A stretch of DNA of 33,044 nucleotides from Burkholderiaceae bacterium (GCA_032111105.1 JAULVH010000212.1:2341-35384), one strand, 5' to 3'. Positions 8,790-19,000 are shown, counted from the first letter of the stretch. Notes: a model not told the origin generated them from the letters alone. Numbers and translations: made by a program.

Positions 8790-9746
8790 ATGAAAGTTAT
8801 TTTTGCTGGTACTCCAGAGTTCGCCGCAGTTGCCCTTGCGCGGCTGCATGAAGCGGGTTTTGAAATTCCATTGGTATTGACTCAGCCCGACCGCCCCGCG
8901 GGTCGCGGTATGCAATTGCAGCCTTCGCCTGTAAAGCACTATGCGTTAAAGCACGGCATGCCCGTTGCACAGCCGACGTCACTCAGGCTGGATGGCAAAT
9001 ACCCAGATCAGGCGGCAGCCGCTCACGCGCTGCTTAAATCTACGCCGCATGACGTTATGGTGGTGGCAGCTTATGGTTTGATACTCCCGCCATCGATATT
9101 GGCCATACCGCCCTTGGGGTGTTTGAATATCCATGCATCGCTGCTGCCACGCTGGCGTGGCGCGGCACCGATACATCGCGCTATTGAATCGGGCGACAGC
9201 GAATCCGGCATTACGATCATGCAAATGGATGAGGGTTTGGACACCGGCCCCATGCTGCTATGGCAACGAGAGCCGATTTCGCAAAGCGATACCACGGGTT
9301 CTTTGCACGATAAGCTAGCCGTCATGGGCGGCGATTTAATTGTCGAGGCACTAAAAAAATTACAACAGGGTAGTTTGCCGGCGACACCCCAGCCCGTCGA
9401 GGGCGTGACCTATGCAGCGAAAATTTCCAAGCAAGAAGCGGATCTGGATTTTCGCTTGTCAGCAGAAGTATTAGTGCGACGTGTACTAGCCTTCAATCCT
9501 TTCCCTGGGGCGGTTGCGCACATACATAACACTTCGTTAAAAATCTGGCAGGCCAGTGCAGTAGCGATGCAGGGAAAACCCGGTGAAATACTCGCGATAT
9601 CGCCCGATGGTGTGATCGTTGCGTGCGGCACAGGGGCGTTAAAAATAGCGGAGTTACAAAAGCCTGGTGGAAAACGTCTTTCGGCGGCACAATTTATCCA
9701 GGGCTTTGCCCTGGCGCCCGGGGAATGCTTCCAGATTACTCTCTGA
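8790..9746 (+). CDS. fmt: Methionyl-tRNA formyltransferase
   Basis: [43 protein letters not shown] motifs; follows def. Confidence 0.97.
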   Translation: MKVIFAGTPEFAAVALARLHEAGFEIPLVLTQPDRPAGRGMQLQPSPVKHYALKHGMPVAQPTSLRLDGKYPDQAAAAHALLKSTPHDVMVVAAYGLILPPSILAIPPLGCLNIHASLLPRWRGAAPIHRAIESGDSESGITIMQMDEGLDTGPMLLWQREPISQSDTTGSLHDKLAVMGGDLIVEALKKLQQGSLPATPQPVEGVTYAAKISKQEADLDFRLSAEVLVRRVLAFNPFPGAVAHIHNTSLKIWQASAVAMQGKPGEILAISPDGVIVACGTGALKIAELQKPGGKRLSAAQFIQGFALAPGECFQITL

Positions 9747-9753
9747 ATTCCCG

Positions 9754-9759
9754 TATAAT
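9754..9759 (+). promoter_or_regulatory. -10 element for the metH leader
   Basis: TATAAT 6 nt upstream of the first riboswitch nucleotide (9766); -35 is poor. Confidence 0.55.
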
Positions 9760-9765
9760 TCGTTA

Positions 9766-9848
9766 GCGCCGATTTGATTAAATCAGTCAAAATCCAGCTT
9801 GCGGGCGCCGAGATGCCGACAGGCTCTTACTAAATACTGCTAAAGCGG
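9766..9848 (+). ncRNA. SAM-II riboswitch, long-loop variant
   Basis: P1 GCGCC(9766-9770)/GGCGC(9804-9808), conserved GAUUU after P1, GCUUGC, and 3' UAAAU-ACU-GCUAAAGC pseudoknot strand; directly upstream of metH. Confidence 0.82.
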
Positions 9849-9854
9849 CGCGTG

Positions 9855-9891
9855 TACCCGGCTTCGCTTTGCAGGCCGGGTATTTTTATTT
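9855..9891 (+). terminator. Intrinsic terminator in the metH leader (riboswitch expression platform)
   Basis: TACCCGGC-N12-GCCGGGTA followed by TTTTTATTT, ending about 20 nt before the metH ATG. Confidence 0.8.
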
Positions 9892-9912
9892 GCGCACACC
9901 AGATACCAGCTC

Positions 9913-12900
9913 ATGAAACGCGACGCGATCTCTACTACCGAAGCCCAGTTACGGCATTTACTTGCTCAGCGCATCTTAATTCTTGATGGCGCGATGGGTA
10001 CCATGATTCAACGGTACAAATTAACCGAAGAAGATTATCGCGGGACGCGCTTTGCTGATTTCTCGTTTCCGGGCAAAGAGGTTTTCGTTAAGGGCAATAA
10101 TGAATTGCTCACACTAACGCAACCGCACATCATTCAAGAGATACACGAGCAGTATCTCGATGCCGGTGCCGATCTGATAGAAACCAACACCTTTGGTGCG
10201 ACAACGATAGCCCAGGATGATTATCATATGGCGCACTTGGCCTATGAGATGAATCTTGAAGCAGCGCGCATCGCGCGTGCAGCCTGTGATAAATATTCAA
10301 CACCTGATAAACCGCGCTTTGTAGCTGGCGCACTGGGGCCCACACCAAAAACAGCGTCTATCTCGCCAGACGTTAACGATCCCGGCGCACGCAATGTGAG
10401 TTTTGATCAGTTGGTAGCGGCCTACCACGAGCAGGTGCGTGCTTTGGTAGAGGGTGGATCGGATGTGTTGTTAGTAGAAACCGTATTCGACACACTGAAC
10501 TGCAAAGCAGCACTGTTTGCGATTGATCAGTTTTTTGATGAGACTCATCAAAAGCTGCCCATCATGATTTCCGGTACGGTAACCGATGCGTCGGGTCGCG
10601 TATTGTCGGGTCAGACAGTCACAGCATTTTGGAATTCCGTACGCCACGCGCGACCCTTAACGATAGGTCTTAACTGTGCGCTGGGCGCTGCACTCATGCG
10701 CCCCTATGCAGAAGAGCTGTCGAAAATTGCTGAAACCTTTGTGTGTATCTACCCGAATGCGGGTTTGCCCAATCCTATGTCGGATACGGGTTTCGATGAA
10801 ACGCCTGACGTAACGTCGTCGCTATTAAAAGATTTTGCAGAGAGTGAGTTCGTCAATATCGCTGGCGGATGTTGTGGCACCACGCCTGAACATATTAAGG
10901 CGATTGCAGACGTTGTAAAGAGCATTCCTCCGCGCACAATACCTACCCATTTGCATCAGATGCGCTTGTCGGGCTTAGAGCCTTACGTGATTGATGAAGA
11001 TTCGCTATTCGTAAACGTGGGCGAGCGCACGAACGTGACAGGCTCGAAAGCGTTTGCGCGCATGATACTTAATGAGCAGTACGAAGAAGCGCTCGCCGTA
11101 GCGCGTCAGCAAGTTGAAAATGGTGCGCAGATTATTGATATCAACATGGATGAAGCCATGTTGGATTCAGTTGCTGCGATGACGCGCTTTTTGAACTTGA
11201 TTGCTTCAGAGCCCGATATAGCGCGCGTGCCACTCATGATCGATTCGTCTAAATGGACGGTCATCGAGGCGGGTCTGAAATGCGTGCAAGGCAAGGCGAT
11301 AGTTAATTCGATTTCCATGAAAGAAGGCGAAGAAGAATTTCTGCGCCAGGCCAAGCTGTGCCGTCGTTATGGCGCGGCGGTGATCGTCATGGCCTTTGAT
11401 GAAAAAGGTCAGGCAGATACGTACGAGCGCAAGATAGAAATTTGTGAGCGTGCTTATCGCTTGCTGACTGAAGACATCGAGTTCCCGCCTGAAGATATTA
11501 TTTTTGATCCGAATATTTTTGCCGTTGCAACCGGCATAGAAGAACACAATAACTATGCGGTGGACTTCATCGAAGCCACGCGCTGGATACGCGAAAATCT
11601 GCCACATGCCAAAGTCAGTGGAGGCGTATCGAATGTGAGCTTTTCATTCCGCGGCAACGACCCAGCGCGCGAAGCGATACATACCGTGTTTTTGTATCAC
11701 GCCATACGTGCAGGCATGAGCATGGGTATCGTGAATGCAGGCATGGTGGGTGTGTACGATGAGCTTGATCCAGAGTTGCGTGAGCGTGCAGAAGACGTCG
11801 TACTGAATCGCCGCGATGATGCGACTGAGCGCATGATTGAATTAGCCGCTACGCTTAAAGCGGGTGATAAAAAAGAAGAACAAAACCTGGTCTGGCGTGA
11901 AAATCCTGTTGAAAAACGTCTTTCGCATGCGCTGATTCATGGCATTACGCAATGGATAGTTGAGGACACTGAAGAGGCGCGTCAGGGAGTCGCCGAGCGC
12001 GGCGGACGACCTATCCATGTCATTGAAGGCCCATTGATGGATGGCATGAATATCGTGGGCGATTTGTTCGGTCAAGGCAAAATGTTTTTGCCTCAGGTGG
12101 TCAAATCTGCTCGCGTCATGAAGCAAGCCGTAGCGCATCTCATCCCTTTCATCGAAGAAGAAAAATTACTCGAAGAGCAGCGCACAGGTCTGGCGGCTAA
12201 AGCTAAAGGAAAAATTGTTATTGCTACCGTTAAGGGCGATGTGCATGACATCGGTAAGAACATCGTATCGGTGGTTTTGCAGTGTAATAATTTTGACGTG
12301 GTGAACATGGGCGTGATGGTGCCGTGTTCAGAAATTTTGGCAAAAGCTAAAGAAGAAAACGCCGACATCATAGGCTTGTCCGGCTTGATTACGCCCTCGC
12401 TGGAAGAAATGGCGCATGTGGCCAAAGAAATGCAGCGTGACCCGTATTTCCGCGATTTGAAAATGCCGTTGTTAATCGGTGGTGCGACGACTAGTCGCGC
12501 ACATACTGCGGTGAAAATTGCGCCCAACTATGACGGGCCTGTTGTGTACGTGGCGGATGCCTCACGGTCTGTGTCGGTTGCGCAATCATTGCTAACACCA
12601 GAGTCGCGGGACAACTACATTAGCGAGATTGCGGCCGATTATGTTCGTATTCGTGATCAGCACGCAGGAAAAAAAGCGCTACCTATGTTGTCTCTGCAGG
12701 CGGCACGAAAAAATAAAATGAACGTGTCTTTTCAAGGCGCGCACGCACCGCACAAACCTAAATTTATAGGGCGGCGGCATTTTAGAAATGTTGATCTTGC
12801 CTTGCTCGCCAACTACATCGATTGGGGTCCGTTTTTCCAGACCTGGGATTTGGCTGGTCCGTTCCCGGCAATTTTGACTGATCCGGTAGTGGGCGAATCC

Positions 12901-13668
12901 GCCAGCAATGTGTATGGCGAAGCTCAGGCCATGCTGAAAAAAATTATCGATGGTCGTTGGTTGACCGCTAATGGTGTGGTGGCTATTTTGCCAGCCAACA
13001 CAGTGGGTGATGATGACATCGAAGTGTATACCGACGAAACCAAAACAGAAGTAGCCTTTACGTATTACGGCTTGCGGCAGCAAACTGAAAAGCCGGTCAT
13101 TCAGGGTGTAGCCAGACCGAATCAGTGCTTAGCAGATTTCATCGCACCCAAATCCTCAGGCATTACAGATTACCTGGGTATGTTTGCGGTTACTTCAGGT
13201 CTTGGTATAGAAAAACACGAGAAGCGTTTTGAAGATGCCAATGATGATTATTCATCCATCATGCTCAAAGCATTAGCCGATCGCTTTGCTGAAGCGTTTG
13301 CCGAATATTTGCACGAACGTATACGCAAAGATTTATGGGGCTATGCCAGTGACGAAAAACTGGGAACGGCCGAATTGCTTGCTGAGAGTTATAGCGGCAT
13401 ACGTCCTGCGCCTGGCTATCCTGCATGTCCCGAGCACACAGTAAAGCAAGACGTATTTCGGATTCTTGAGTGCGAAGATATAGGCATGAGTCTGACTGAA
13501 TCATATGCCATGTTCCCAGGAGCGTCGGTATCAGGTTTTTATTTTGGCCATCCTGAATCGAAATATTTCAGTGTTGGAAAAATAGGTGCGGATCAACTTA
13601 CCGATATGGCTAAGCGCCGCGGTGTTAGCGCAGAGCAGCTGCAGAGTTGGCTTGCGCCTAATTTGTGA
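9913..13668 (+). CDS. metH: Cobalamin-dependent methionine synthase, single full-length polypeptide
   Basis: [17 protein letters not shown] (Zn site), [10 protein letters not shown] (pterin domain), [10 protein letters not shown] (B12 ligand), [10 protein letters not shown] (reactivation domain); 1251 aa. Confidence 0.98.
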   Translation: MKRDAISTTEAQLRHLLAQRILILDGAMGTMIQRYKLTEEDYRGTRFADFSFPGKEVFVKGNNELLTLTQPHIIQEIHEQYLDAGADLIETNTFGATTIAQDDYHMAHLAYEMNLEAARIARAACDKYSTPDKPRFVAGALGPTPKTASISPDVNDPGARNVSFDQLVAAYHEQVRALVEGGSDVLLVETVFDTLNCKAALFAIDQFFDETHQKLPIMISGTVTDASGRVLSGQTVTAFWNSVRHARPLTIGLNCALGAALMRPYAEELSKIAETFVCIYPNAGLPNPMSDTGFDETPDVTSSLLKDFAESEFVNIAGGCCGTTPEHIKAIADVVKSIPPRTIPTHLHQMRLSGLEPYVIDEDSLFVNVGERTNVTGSKAFARMILNEQYEEALAVARQQVENGAQIIDINMDEAMLDSVAAMTRFLNLIASEPDIARVPLMIDSSKWTVIEAGLKCVQGKAIVNSISMKEGEEEFLRQAKLCRRYGAAVIVMAFDEKGQADTYERKIEICERAYRLLTEDIEFPPEDIIFDPNIFAVATGIEEHNNYAVDFIEATRWIRENLPHAKVSGGVSNVSFSFRGNDPAREAIHTVFLYHAIRAGMSMGIVNAGMVGVYDELDPELRERAEDVVLNRRDDATERMIELAATLKAGDKKEEQNLVWRENPVEKRLSHALIHGITQWIVEDTEEARQGVAERGGRPIHVIEGPLMDGMNIVGDLFGQGKMFLPQVVKSARVMKQAVAHLIPFIEEEKLLEEQRTGLAAKAKGKIVIATVKGDVHDIGKNIVSVVLQCNNFDVVNMGVMVPCSEILAKAKEENADIIGLSGLITPSLEEMAHVAKEMQRDPYFRDLKMPLLIGGATTSRAHTAVKIAPNYDGPVVYVADASRSVSVAQSLLTPESRDNYISEIAADYVRIRDQHAGKKALPMLSLQAARKNKMNVSFQGAHAPHKPKFIGRRHFRNVDLALLANYIDWGPFFQTWDLAGPFPAILTDPVVGESASNVYGEAQAMLKKIIDGRWLTANGVVAILPANTVGDDDIEVYTDETKTEVAFTYYGLRQQTEKPVIQGVARPNQCLADFIAPKSSGITDYLGMFAVTSGLGIEKHEKRFEDANDDYSSIMLKALADRFAEAFAEYLHERIRKDLWGYASDEKLGTAELLAESYSGIRPAPGYPACPEHTVKQDVFRILECEDIGMSLTESYAMFPGASVSGFYFGHPESKYFSVGKIGADQLTDMAKRRGVSAEQLQSWLAPNL

Positions 13669-13678
13669 TGCCAGTGAA

Positions 13679-14446
13679 TTAAATTACTGGCTGACCATCG
13701 ACAAACACTTTCATTTCGCCTGCACTAAAGGGATGCCACGTTTCATTCGTGGTGAGTGGTTCAGTCACTATGATGGCCACTCTGTCGTTTGGTGTAGTCA
13801 CTTCAGAAAAATCAACACTCATATCCTCATCAGACAGCTTGGCCTGAGCAAACGGATATTTTCGTACGATGTAGTGCAAGCGGGTAGAGCAGTGCACATA
13901 CAATGCCGCTCCATCAGAGAGCATCATGTTAAACACACCATGTGCTGCAATCTCAGAAGTAAGTTCACGTAGCACCACTGTCAGTTCTGATTGCGATGGT
14001 GGCGCATCGCCAAATCGATTTCTTAACTCTTGCAGAATGTAGCAAAACGCACGTTCGCTATCGGTCGTGCCTACAGGACGAAATGCGCCAATTATTGCGG
14101 GAGAAAATTCTTTCAGATCGCCATTGTGAGCAAACACCCAATAACGTCCCCACAGTTCGCGTATGAAGGGGTGGCAGTTTTCAAGGGCGACATGGCCTTG
14201 AGTCGCTTTGCGTATATGGGATATGACGTTGGTTGATTTAATCGGATACTGTTTGATTAGCTCTGCAACGGGCGAGGCAATAGCTGGTTCATGATCGACA
14301 AACAGCCGCACTCCGGCGCCCTCAAAAAAAGCGATACCCCAGCCATCTTTGTGTTCGTCCGTGCCGCCACCTCGTGTTGCAAAGCCTGTAAAGCTAAACA
14401 CGATGTCGGTTGGTGTATTGCAGTTCATGCCAAGTAGTTGGCACAT
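13679..14446 (-). CDS. yafJ: Class II glutamine amidotransferase (YafJ/EgtC-like Ntn hydrolase)
   Basis: N-terminal nucleophile MCQLLG, DGWG, HIRKAT, NCHPF, FAHNG, GTTDSE. Confidence 0.88.
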   Translation of the reverse strand: MCQLLGMNCNTPTDIVFSFTGFATRGGGTDEHKDGWGIAFFEGAGVRLFVDHEPAIASPVAELIKQYPIKSTNVISHIRKATQGHVALENCHPFIRELWGRYWVFAHNGDLKEFSPAIIGAFRPVGTTDSERAFCYILQELRNRFGDAPPSQSELTVVLRELTSEIAAHGVFNMMLSDGAALYVHCSTRLHYIVRKYPFAQAKLSDEDMSVDFSEVTTPNDRVAIIVTEPLTTNETWHPFSAGEMKVFVDGQPVI

Positions 14447-14506
14447 GATGAGTTTCTAGTAAAAGTGGCTGAGCACTAACGGTAACACGAAAAATTTATC
14501 AGGACT

Positions 14507-15193
14507 TCAGATGTTGCCTGTAACAGGTAATGTTAACTGGCAGCGCCAGAGTGCATGACCTGAGGCGAGGTATTTTTCTTCAAAGGGCGTTAAGAGCTCA
14601 GTGGTCGGAAGATACTGTTCACATTGTGCAGCCACGCCTGTTAGCGCGGTGACTGCGGTTACAAATTCATCTATATAAATTTTCCAATTGCTGCGACATT
14701 CAATCTGGCCGCCCAGAGCGAGAAAAGATGGGAATATAGGATGCGCATGCCAACGACGCGACAGATGATGTTTTTTCGGCCAGGGGTTGGGGTAGAGCAG
14801 ATAGTGGTGTGAAGGATAAATGGCAGACTCGCGTAAGAGTCGCCAAAAATCTACTAAGTCTGCTCGTACAGTGATGTAGTTGTCGGGGATATCACCAGAC
14901 CAATTAACCTGGCGCGACAATCTATCGAATGATTGATCTATGCCGATAATGAAATGATTTGGATATAGCAGTGCGAGTCGTCGAGTCGAGAGGCCAACAC
15001 CACAACCGGCATCGATGATCAGATCAGATGGTTTAGAATTATTCCAGGCGGTTACTGCACTATCGAAGGCGAAGCGGCTGCTGTTGGCTATCGGCTTTTG
15101 ATAATCAGACGTAGCTCGCCGCTGAAGTACGTCATGCAGCTGATCGTGAATGCCCGTTTGATTACTGGTGATAAACCGAGAATTACGGTGCAT
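14507..15193 (-). CDS. SAM-dependent methyltransferase, TrmB-like
   Basis: IDAGCGVG SAM motif, YPNPWPKKHHLSRR (compare TrmB FPDPWxKxRH), TPFEEKY. Confidence 0.75.
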   Translation of the reverse strand: MHRNSRFITSNQTGIHDQLHDVLQRRATSDYQKPIANSSRFAFDSAVTAWNNSKPSDLIIDAGCGVGLSTRRLALLYPNHFIIGIDQSFDRLSRQVNWSGDIPDNYITVRADLVDFWRLLRESAIYPSHHYLLYPNPWPKKHHLSRRWHAHPIFPSFLALGGQIECRSNWKIYIDEFVTAVTALTGVAAQCEQYLPTTELLTPFEEKYLASGHALWRCQLTLPVTGNI

Positions 15194-15222
15194 TCACGAA
15201 CTGACTATCAGATGGTTATCGC

Positions 15223-15480
15223 TTAATGAAGCACAACGGGTTGCGCCATGAGCGATCCGTAGGTATCTAAGAATTCATCGAACTCTTCCATGCTGGGTGC
15301 TGTGGCGATCAGATCACGCACGTGTTGTCTGAACGTTTCTGCCAGCGGTCCAGCGATGAAGATTTCGCGTTGCGCTGGTTTGTCGAGAATTTCATAGCCA
15401 CCGAAACGCATGGCTTCTTGTCCTGCTTCGGCGCCAAACTCAAGCACGCTGTACTGCTCGCTGTTGTAGATCAGATTCAT
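15223..15480 (-). CDS. DUF3567 family protein
   Basis: MNLIYNSEQYSVLEF...GGYEILDK...REIFI...QPVVLH pattern; AAGGAG Shine-Dalgarno. Confidence 0.8.
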   Translation of the reverse strand: MNLIYNSEQYSVLEFGAEAGQEAMRFGGYEILDKPAQREIFIAGPLAETFRQHVRDLIATAPSMEEFDEFLDTYGSLMAQPVVLH

Positions 15481-15513
15481 GCCGGCTCCTTGGAGTAGAT
15501 ACTATGTAATCCA

Positions 15514-15541
15514 ACATGGTGCTGCAAAACGACATTTCAAG
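15514..15541 (-). promoter_or_regulatory. Candidate sigma32 (RpoH) promoter for the DUF3567 gene
   Basis: CTTGAAA-N13-CACCATGT on the minus strand versus consensus CTTGAAA-N13-14-CCCCATNT. Confidence 0.5.
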
Positions 15542-15566
15542 AGGTACTGCAAATGACGTACCTAAT

Positions 15567-15929
15567 TTACTTTGTAACTCCGCAATCAAGATCAATTCCC
15601 AAGTTCAGCCTACCGCAATATTGATCTTCCTGCAAAAAGTCTCTGATTGATATGAGGTGTGCAGAGTTCGCTAAGCTCAAAAATACCTGATCTGGGTTTT
15701 CTTTAAGTGCACGGTTTAGCATCACGCGCATGGTCAGTTTGCCTGTGCAGCAGGGGCATCCCGGGGCCATACGCACTACTTTTAATGATTCAAGCGGGTC
15801 GAGTGATGCGTGATTGACTGCCATGCCTTCTAACAAAGCTATTGTAAAAAGCTCAGGATTAACCTGCGTTTTAATCGCCTGCTCGCGCACGGTCTGATTT
15901 GCACCGTAGACTAAACGCAGGAGAGTCAT
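15567..15929 (-). CDS. Small CobW/G3E-like protein with GCPCC motif and degenerate P-loop
   Basis: RMAPGCPCCTGKLTMRVMLNRAL resembles the COG0523 GCxCC site; no GxxGxGK[TS]; ATGA overlap with the regulator gene. Confidence 0.7.
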   Translation of the reverse strand: MTLLRLVYGANQTVREQAIKTQVNPELFTIALLEGMAVNHASLDPLESLKVVRMAPGCPCCTGKLTMRVMLNRALKENPDQVFLSLANSAHLISIRDFLQEDQYCGRLNLGIDLDCGVTK

Positions 15930-16642
15930 CCGGTTTTCTTTGCTGCTTTATTGGACTCCACACCGAGCTGCTTGAGTTTTCTGTAGAGGTGAGTACGTTC
16001 TAGTCCCGTGCGTTCGGCCACACGTGTCATGCTGCCACCTTCACGGATTAAGTGATGTTCAAAGTAAGCGCGTTCAAACGCATCGCGGGCCTCGCGCAGA
16101 GGTAATTCAAACGATACCCGGAACTCATTATCAGGTGGAAGATAGTGATTTGCTGATGACAGAGTTGGCGTGTAGGCATGACCATTAAAAGAACTTGCGG
16201 AAAGTGCTACGGGCGCTTTATCGGGAACTCCGTTTGTGCGTCCATTTGCATTGATCATCGTTCCTCGGGCCGGCTCCGGAGCGCGCGACAAACCTTGCTG
16301 CACAGTGCGCAATAGTTTTTGTAAGGAGATAGGCTTCTCCAGAAAATTCATCGCGCCTATACGTGTTGCTTCAACGGCAGTATCTATGGTGGCATGACCG
16401 GACATCATGATCACGGGCATGGTTAGCAGGCCATCGCGTTGCCACTCTTTGAGGAGCGTGACGCCATCAATGTCGGGCATCCAAATATCCAGAAGGACCA
16501 GATCAGGTGAGCTCGACAGACGAAGCTCGCGCGCCTGAAGAGCGTCCTCGGCGGTGGTGACCACATGGCCTTCATCGCCAAGGATTTCCGAGAGTAATTC
16601 CCGGATACCCATTTCATCATCAACTACCAGAATGTTCGCCAT
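15926..16642 (-). CDS. ntrX: NtrX-like response regulator (REC + Fis-type HTH, no AAA+ domain)
   Basis: ILVVDDE, LLDIWMPD, MMSGHA, FLEKP; C-terminal LREARDAFERAY...GLERTHLYRKLK; 238 aa. Confidence 0.85.
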   Translation of the reverse strand: MANILVVDDEMGIRELLSEILGDEGHVVTTAEDALQARELRLSSSPDLVLLDIWMPDIDGVTLLKEWQRDGLLTMPVIMMSGHATIDTAVEATRIGAMNFLEKPISLQKLLRTVQQGLSRAPEPARGTMINANGRTNGVPDKAPVALSASSFNGHAYTPTLSSANHYLPPDNEFRVSFELPLREARDAFERAYFEHHLIREGGSMTRVAERTGLERTHLYRKLKQLGVESNKAAKKTG

Positions 16643-16681
16643 ATTTGCCTCTTTATCTCTATCCGATAGAATCGCACGGAA

Positions 16682-16710
16682 ATTGTATTTTTTGCAATTA
16701 ATAATGTCAA
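16682..16710 (-). promoter_or_regulatory. Near-consensus sigma70 promoter between the kinase and regulator genes
   Basis: TTGACA-N17-TACAAT on the minus strand, then a ~33-nt leader with a GAGG Shine-Dalgarno. Confidence 0.78.
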
Positions 16711-16714
16711 ATAA

Positions 16715-19000
16715 TTAAATACTCGCCAGGCGAAGTAATAGCAGCGAAACCCGCGCACCTGCCCCGTCTTTGCGATTTTGCAGCTCTATACGACCGCCAT
16801 GCTCCTCCACAATTTTCTTAACCACGGGCAATCCCAGCCCGGTACCCCGGGGTTTGGAGGTCACATACGGTTCAAATGCTCTGGCCATCACTTTGGAGTC
16901 AAAGCCCGGGCCGTTATCGTTAATGGAAAGGCTGACCGCCGTTCGTGTAGCCCCATCGGCGTCGCTGTAGTGAATAGCCTCGGTGCGAACCTCAATCTGT
17001 GTAGCGCGCTGGCCTTTCAACTCGGCGGTTGCGTCCTGAGCATTTTGCAAAAGGTTGTGCAGCACCTGCCGTAGCTGAGTGGCATCACCCATAATTTTCG
17101 GAAGATTCGCATCCAGGTGGGTAATCAGTTGGTCATTGCTGCGTAATCCCGCATAAAGCTCAAGAATCTCGGTAATCAAATTATTCAGGTCTAGGGGCTT
17201 TAGAACCGGAGGAGGTGTTTTAGCGTAATCGCGGAAATTGTCGACCATCTGCTGCATAGCCACGACTTGATTAACGATGGTGTTGGTGCCGCGCTCGAGT
17301 AAGGCCGCATCGTCGCCAGTGAGCTTGGTTTGTAGCTTCATCATCAGGCGTTCAGCCGACAGTTGTATCGGCGTCAGTGGATTTTTAATTTCATGAGCCA
17401 GACGTCTGGCGACCTCTGCCCAAGCCGTTGATCGCTGCCCGGAAATCAGGTCAGAGATATCATCAAAAACCACTACATGGCCTAGCCCCACGCCCACAGG
17501 TAAACGTGCACCGCGAGCGAGCAGGGTGATTTCTGTATCCACATTTTGACCTAGTAATCGCCGCGGAATTTCTATCTGACGCTGCCAGTGCTGGGTCAGT
17601 GAATCGCTGTCGGTCATTGCTGAATGAGCGCTTTGCCCAGAAAAAGCAAGAATGATGGGTTCGCTAAACGCCGACAAACTTTCTATGGCCGCAAACGGTA
17701 TACCCAGGAAAGGTCGTAAGTCTTGATGAAGAATGGTTTCAGCAGAGGCATTAAAGGTGACTACGCGTAGCTGATCATCCAAGACCATCACGCCAGCGGA
17801 CATATTCGCCAACACCGACTCGAGATAGGCTTTTGCGTCTTCAACGGCTTTGCGATTAAGCTCAACAGCCTGACGTGCCTCGGCTAGCTGTGAGGTCATC
17901 ATGTTGAATGACTTAGTCAAGGTTCCCAATTCGTCAGAGCTTGCAGCGATGGGGCGAGGTGAGAGGTCACCCTCGGCGACCGCCTTCGTTCCTTCGGCCA
18001 GCAATAACAAGGGTTGCGCCAAATCCGTGGCTAATAAAAATGCACTCACCATGGCAGCGAACACTGCTAATAGCAGTGTGAGCGTGAGTGTGATTAAGTA
18101 AAAATTTCGTAACCCAGCGCGTGCTAAGGAGCGTTCCTGGTATTCGCCGTAGGCGATTTGTAGTGCTTCTGCGTTGGCACTCAATTGCTCCGGCACGGCT
18201 TGTGTGATTTGCAAATAACGCGGCTGACTGTTGAGTGAGATAAGCGAACCATCGCCTTGAATGGCAACCAGCACTCTCAACCTGAGACCACTTCTTATGG
18301 CGGCAGCGGACGTACGTGATGTCTGGTCTGATGATGCGACAGTCCCCTCTGGCCCGCCTTCAATTAATCCATAGCCACCCATAGCCCGTGCGCGTGAAAT
18401 CATCGTTGTCGTCGGCATGTCGGGTACAAGATTGGACAAAGTACTCGAGGTGCTGGCGATTAATTGACCTGATCCGGTAACGACGATGGCGTCATTGAGT
18501 TGATTGCGTTCTATGGTGCGGGCTAGTTGCGCTGCCAGCATCGAGTCTGACATTTCAGAAAGTTCAGCGGCGACCACACGCGTTTTTTGGCGTAGATCTT
18601 TAAGAGATGCATCCAGAGCGCTGCGGCCTAGTGTTAAGCCAGACTCAAGAGCAGTTTCTACCTTGACGTTGAACCAAGACTCTATCGAGCGCGAAACAAA
18701 TTGAACGGAGACTAAATAAATTACCAAGCCAGGTAAAACACCTATTAAGGTGAACATTAATACCAGACGCGTCATTAGCCGCGATCCAAAACGATTTCGG
18801 CGATAGCGACTAATCAAGCGAGCTAAAAGAAACAGCACCAAAACAAAGAGTGCTGAACCAACCAGTACGTTGGCGCCTACTATCCATGAATAGTAAGTTT
18901 CAAACAAAAGCGTGTTGTCGCTAACGGTCGCCAACAAAAAGAGCAGCAAGCTGACCGTAAACGCGGCAGCAATCAGCAGATAGCGAAGCGCGCGTGTCAC
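16715..19000 (-). CDS. ntrY: NtrY-like sensor histidine kinase (TM, HAMP, PAS, HisKA, HATPase)
   Basis: N-terminal TM helices, DELGTLTKSFNMM HAMP, LAHEIKNPLTPI H-box, NLLQNA, DNGPG, GTGLGL; rsmB-DUF4390-ntrY-ntrX order. Confidence 0.88.
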   Translation of the reverse strand: MTRALRYLLIAAAFTVSLLLFLLATVSDNTLLFETYYSWIVGANVLVGSALFVLVLFLLARLISRYRRNRFGSRLMTRLVLMFTLIGVLPGLVIYLVSVQFVSRSIESWFNVKVETALESGLTLGRSALDASLKDLRQKTRVVAAELSEMSDSMLAAQLARTIERNQLNDAIVVTGSGQLIASTSSTLSNLVPDMPTTTMISRARAMGGYGLIEGGPEGTVASSDQTSRTSAAAIRSGLRLRVLVAIQGDGSLISLNSQPRYLQITQAVPEQLSANAEALQIAYGEYQERSLARAGLRNFYLITLTLTLLLAVFAAMVSAFLLATDLAQPLLLLAEGTKAVAEGDLSPRPIAASSDELGTLTKSFNMMTSQLAEARQAVELNRKAVEDAKAYLESVLANMSAGVMVLDDQLRVVTFNASAETILHQDLRPFLGIPFAAIESLSAFSEPIILAFSGQSAHSAMTDSDSLTQHWQRQIEIPRRLLGQNVDTEITLLARGARLPVGVGLGHVVVFDDISDLISGQRSTAWAEVARRLAHEIKNPLTPIQLSAERLMMKLQTKLTGDDAALLERGTNTIVNQVVAMQQMVDNFRDYAKTPPPVLKPLDLNNLITEILELYAGLRSNDQLITHLDANLPKIMGDATQLRQVLHNLLQNAQDATAELKGQRATQIEVRTEAIHYSDADGATRTAVSLSINDNGPGFDSKVMARAFEPYVTSKPRGTGLGLPVVKKIVEEHGGRIELQNRKDGAGARVSLLLLRLASI

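Noticed and set aside
9913-13668. metH is one ORF although it is split in some Burkholderiales
   Set aside because: Full-length MetH is the common state and needs no special explanation.
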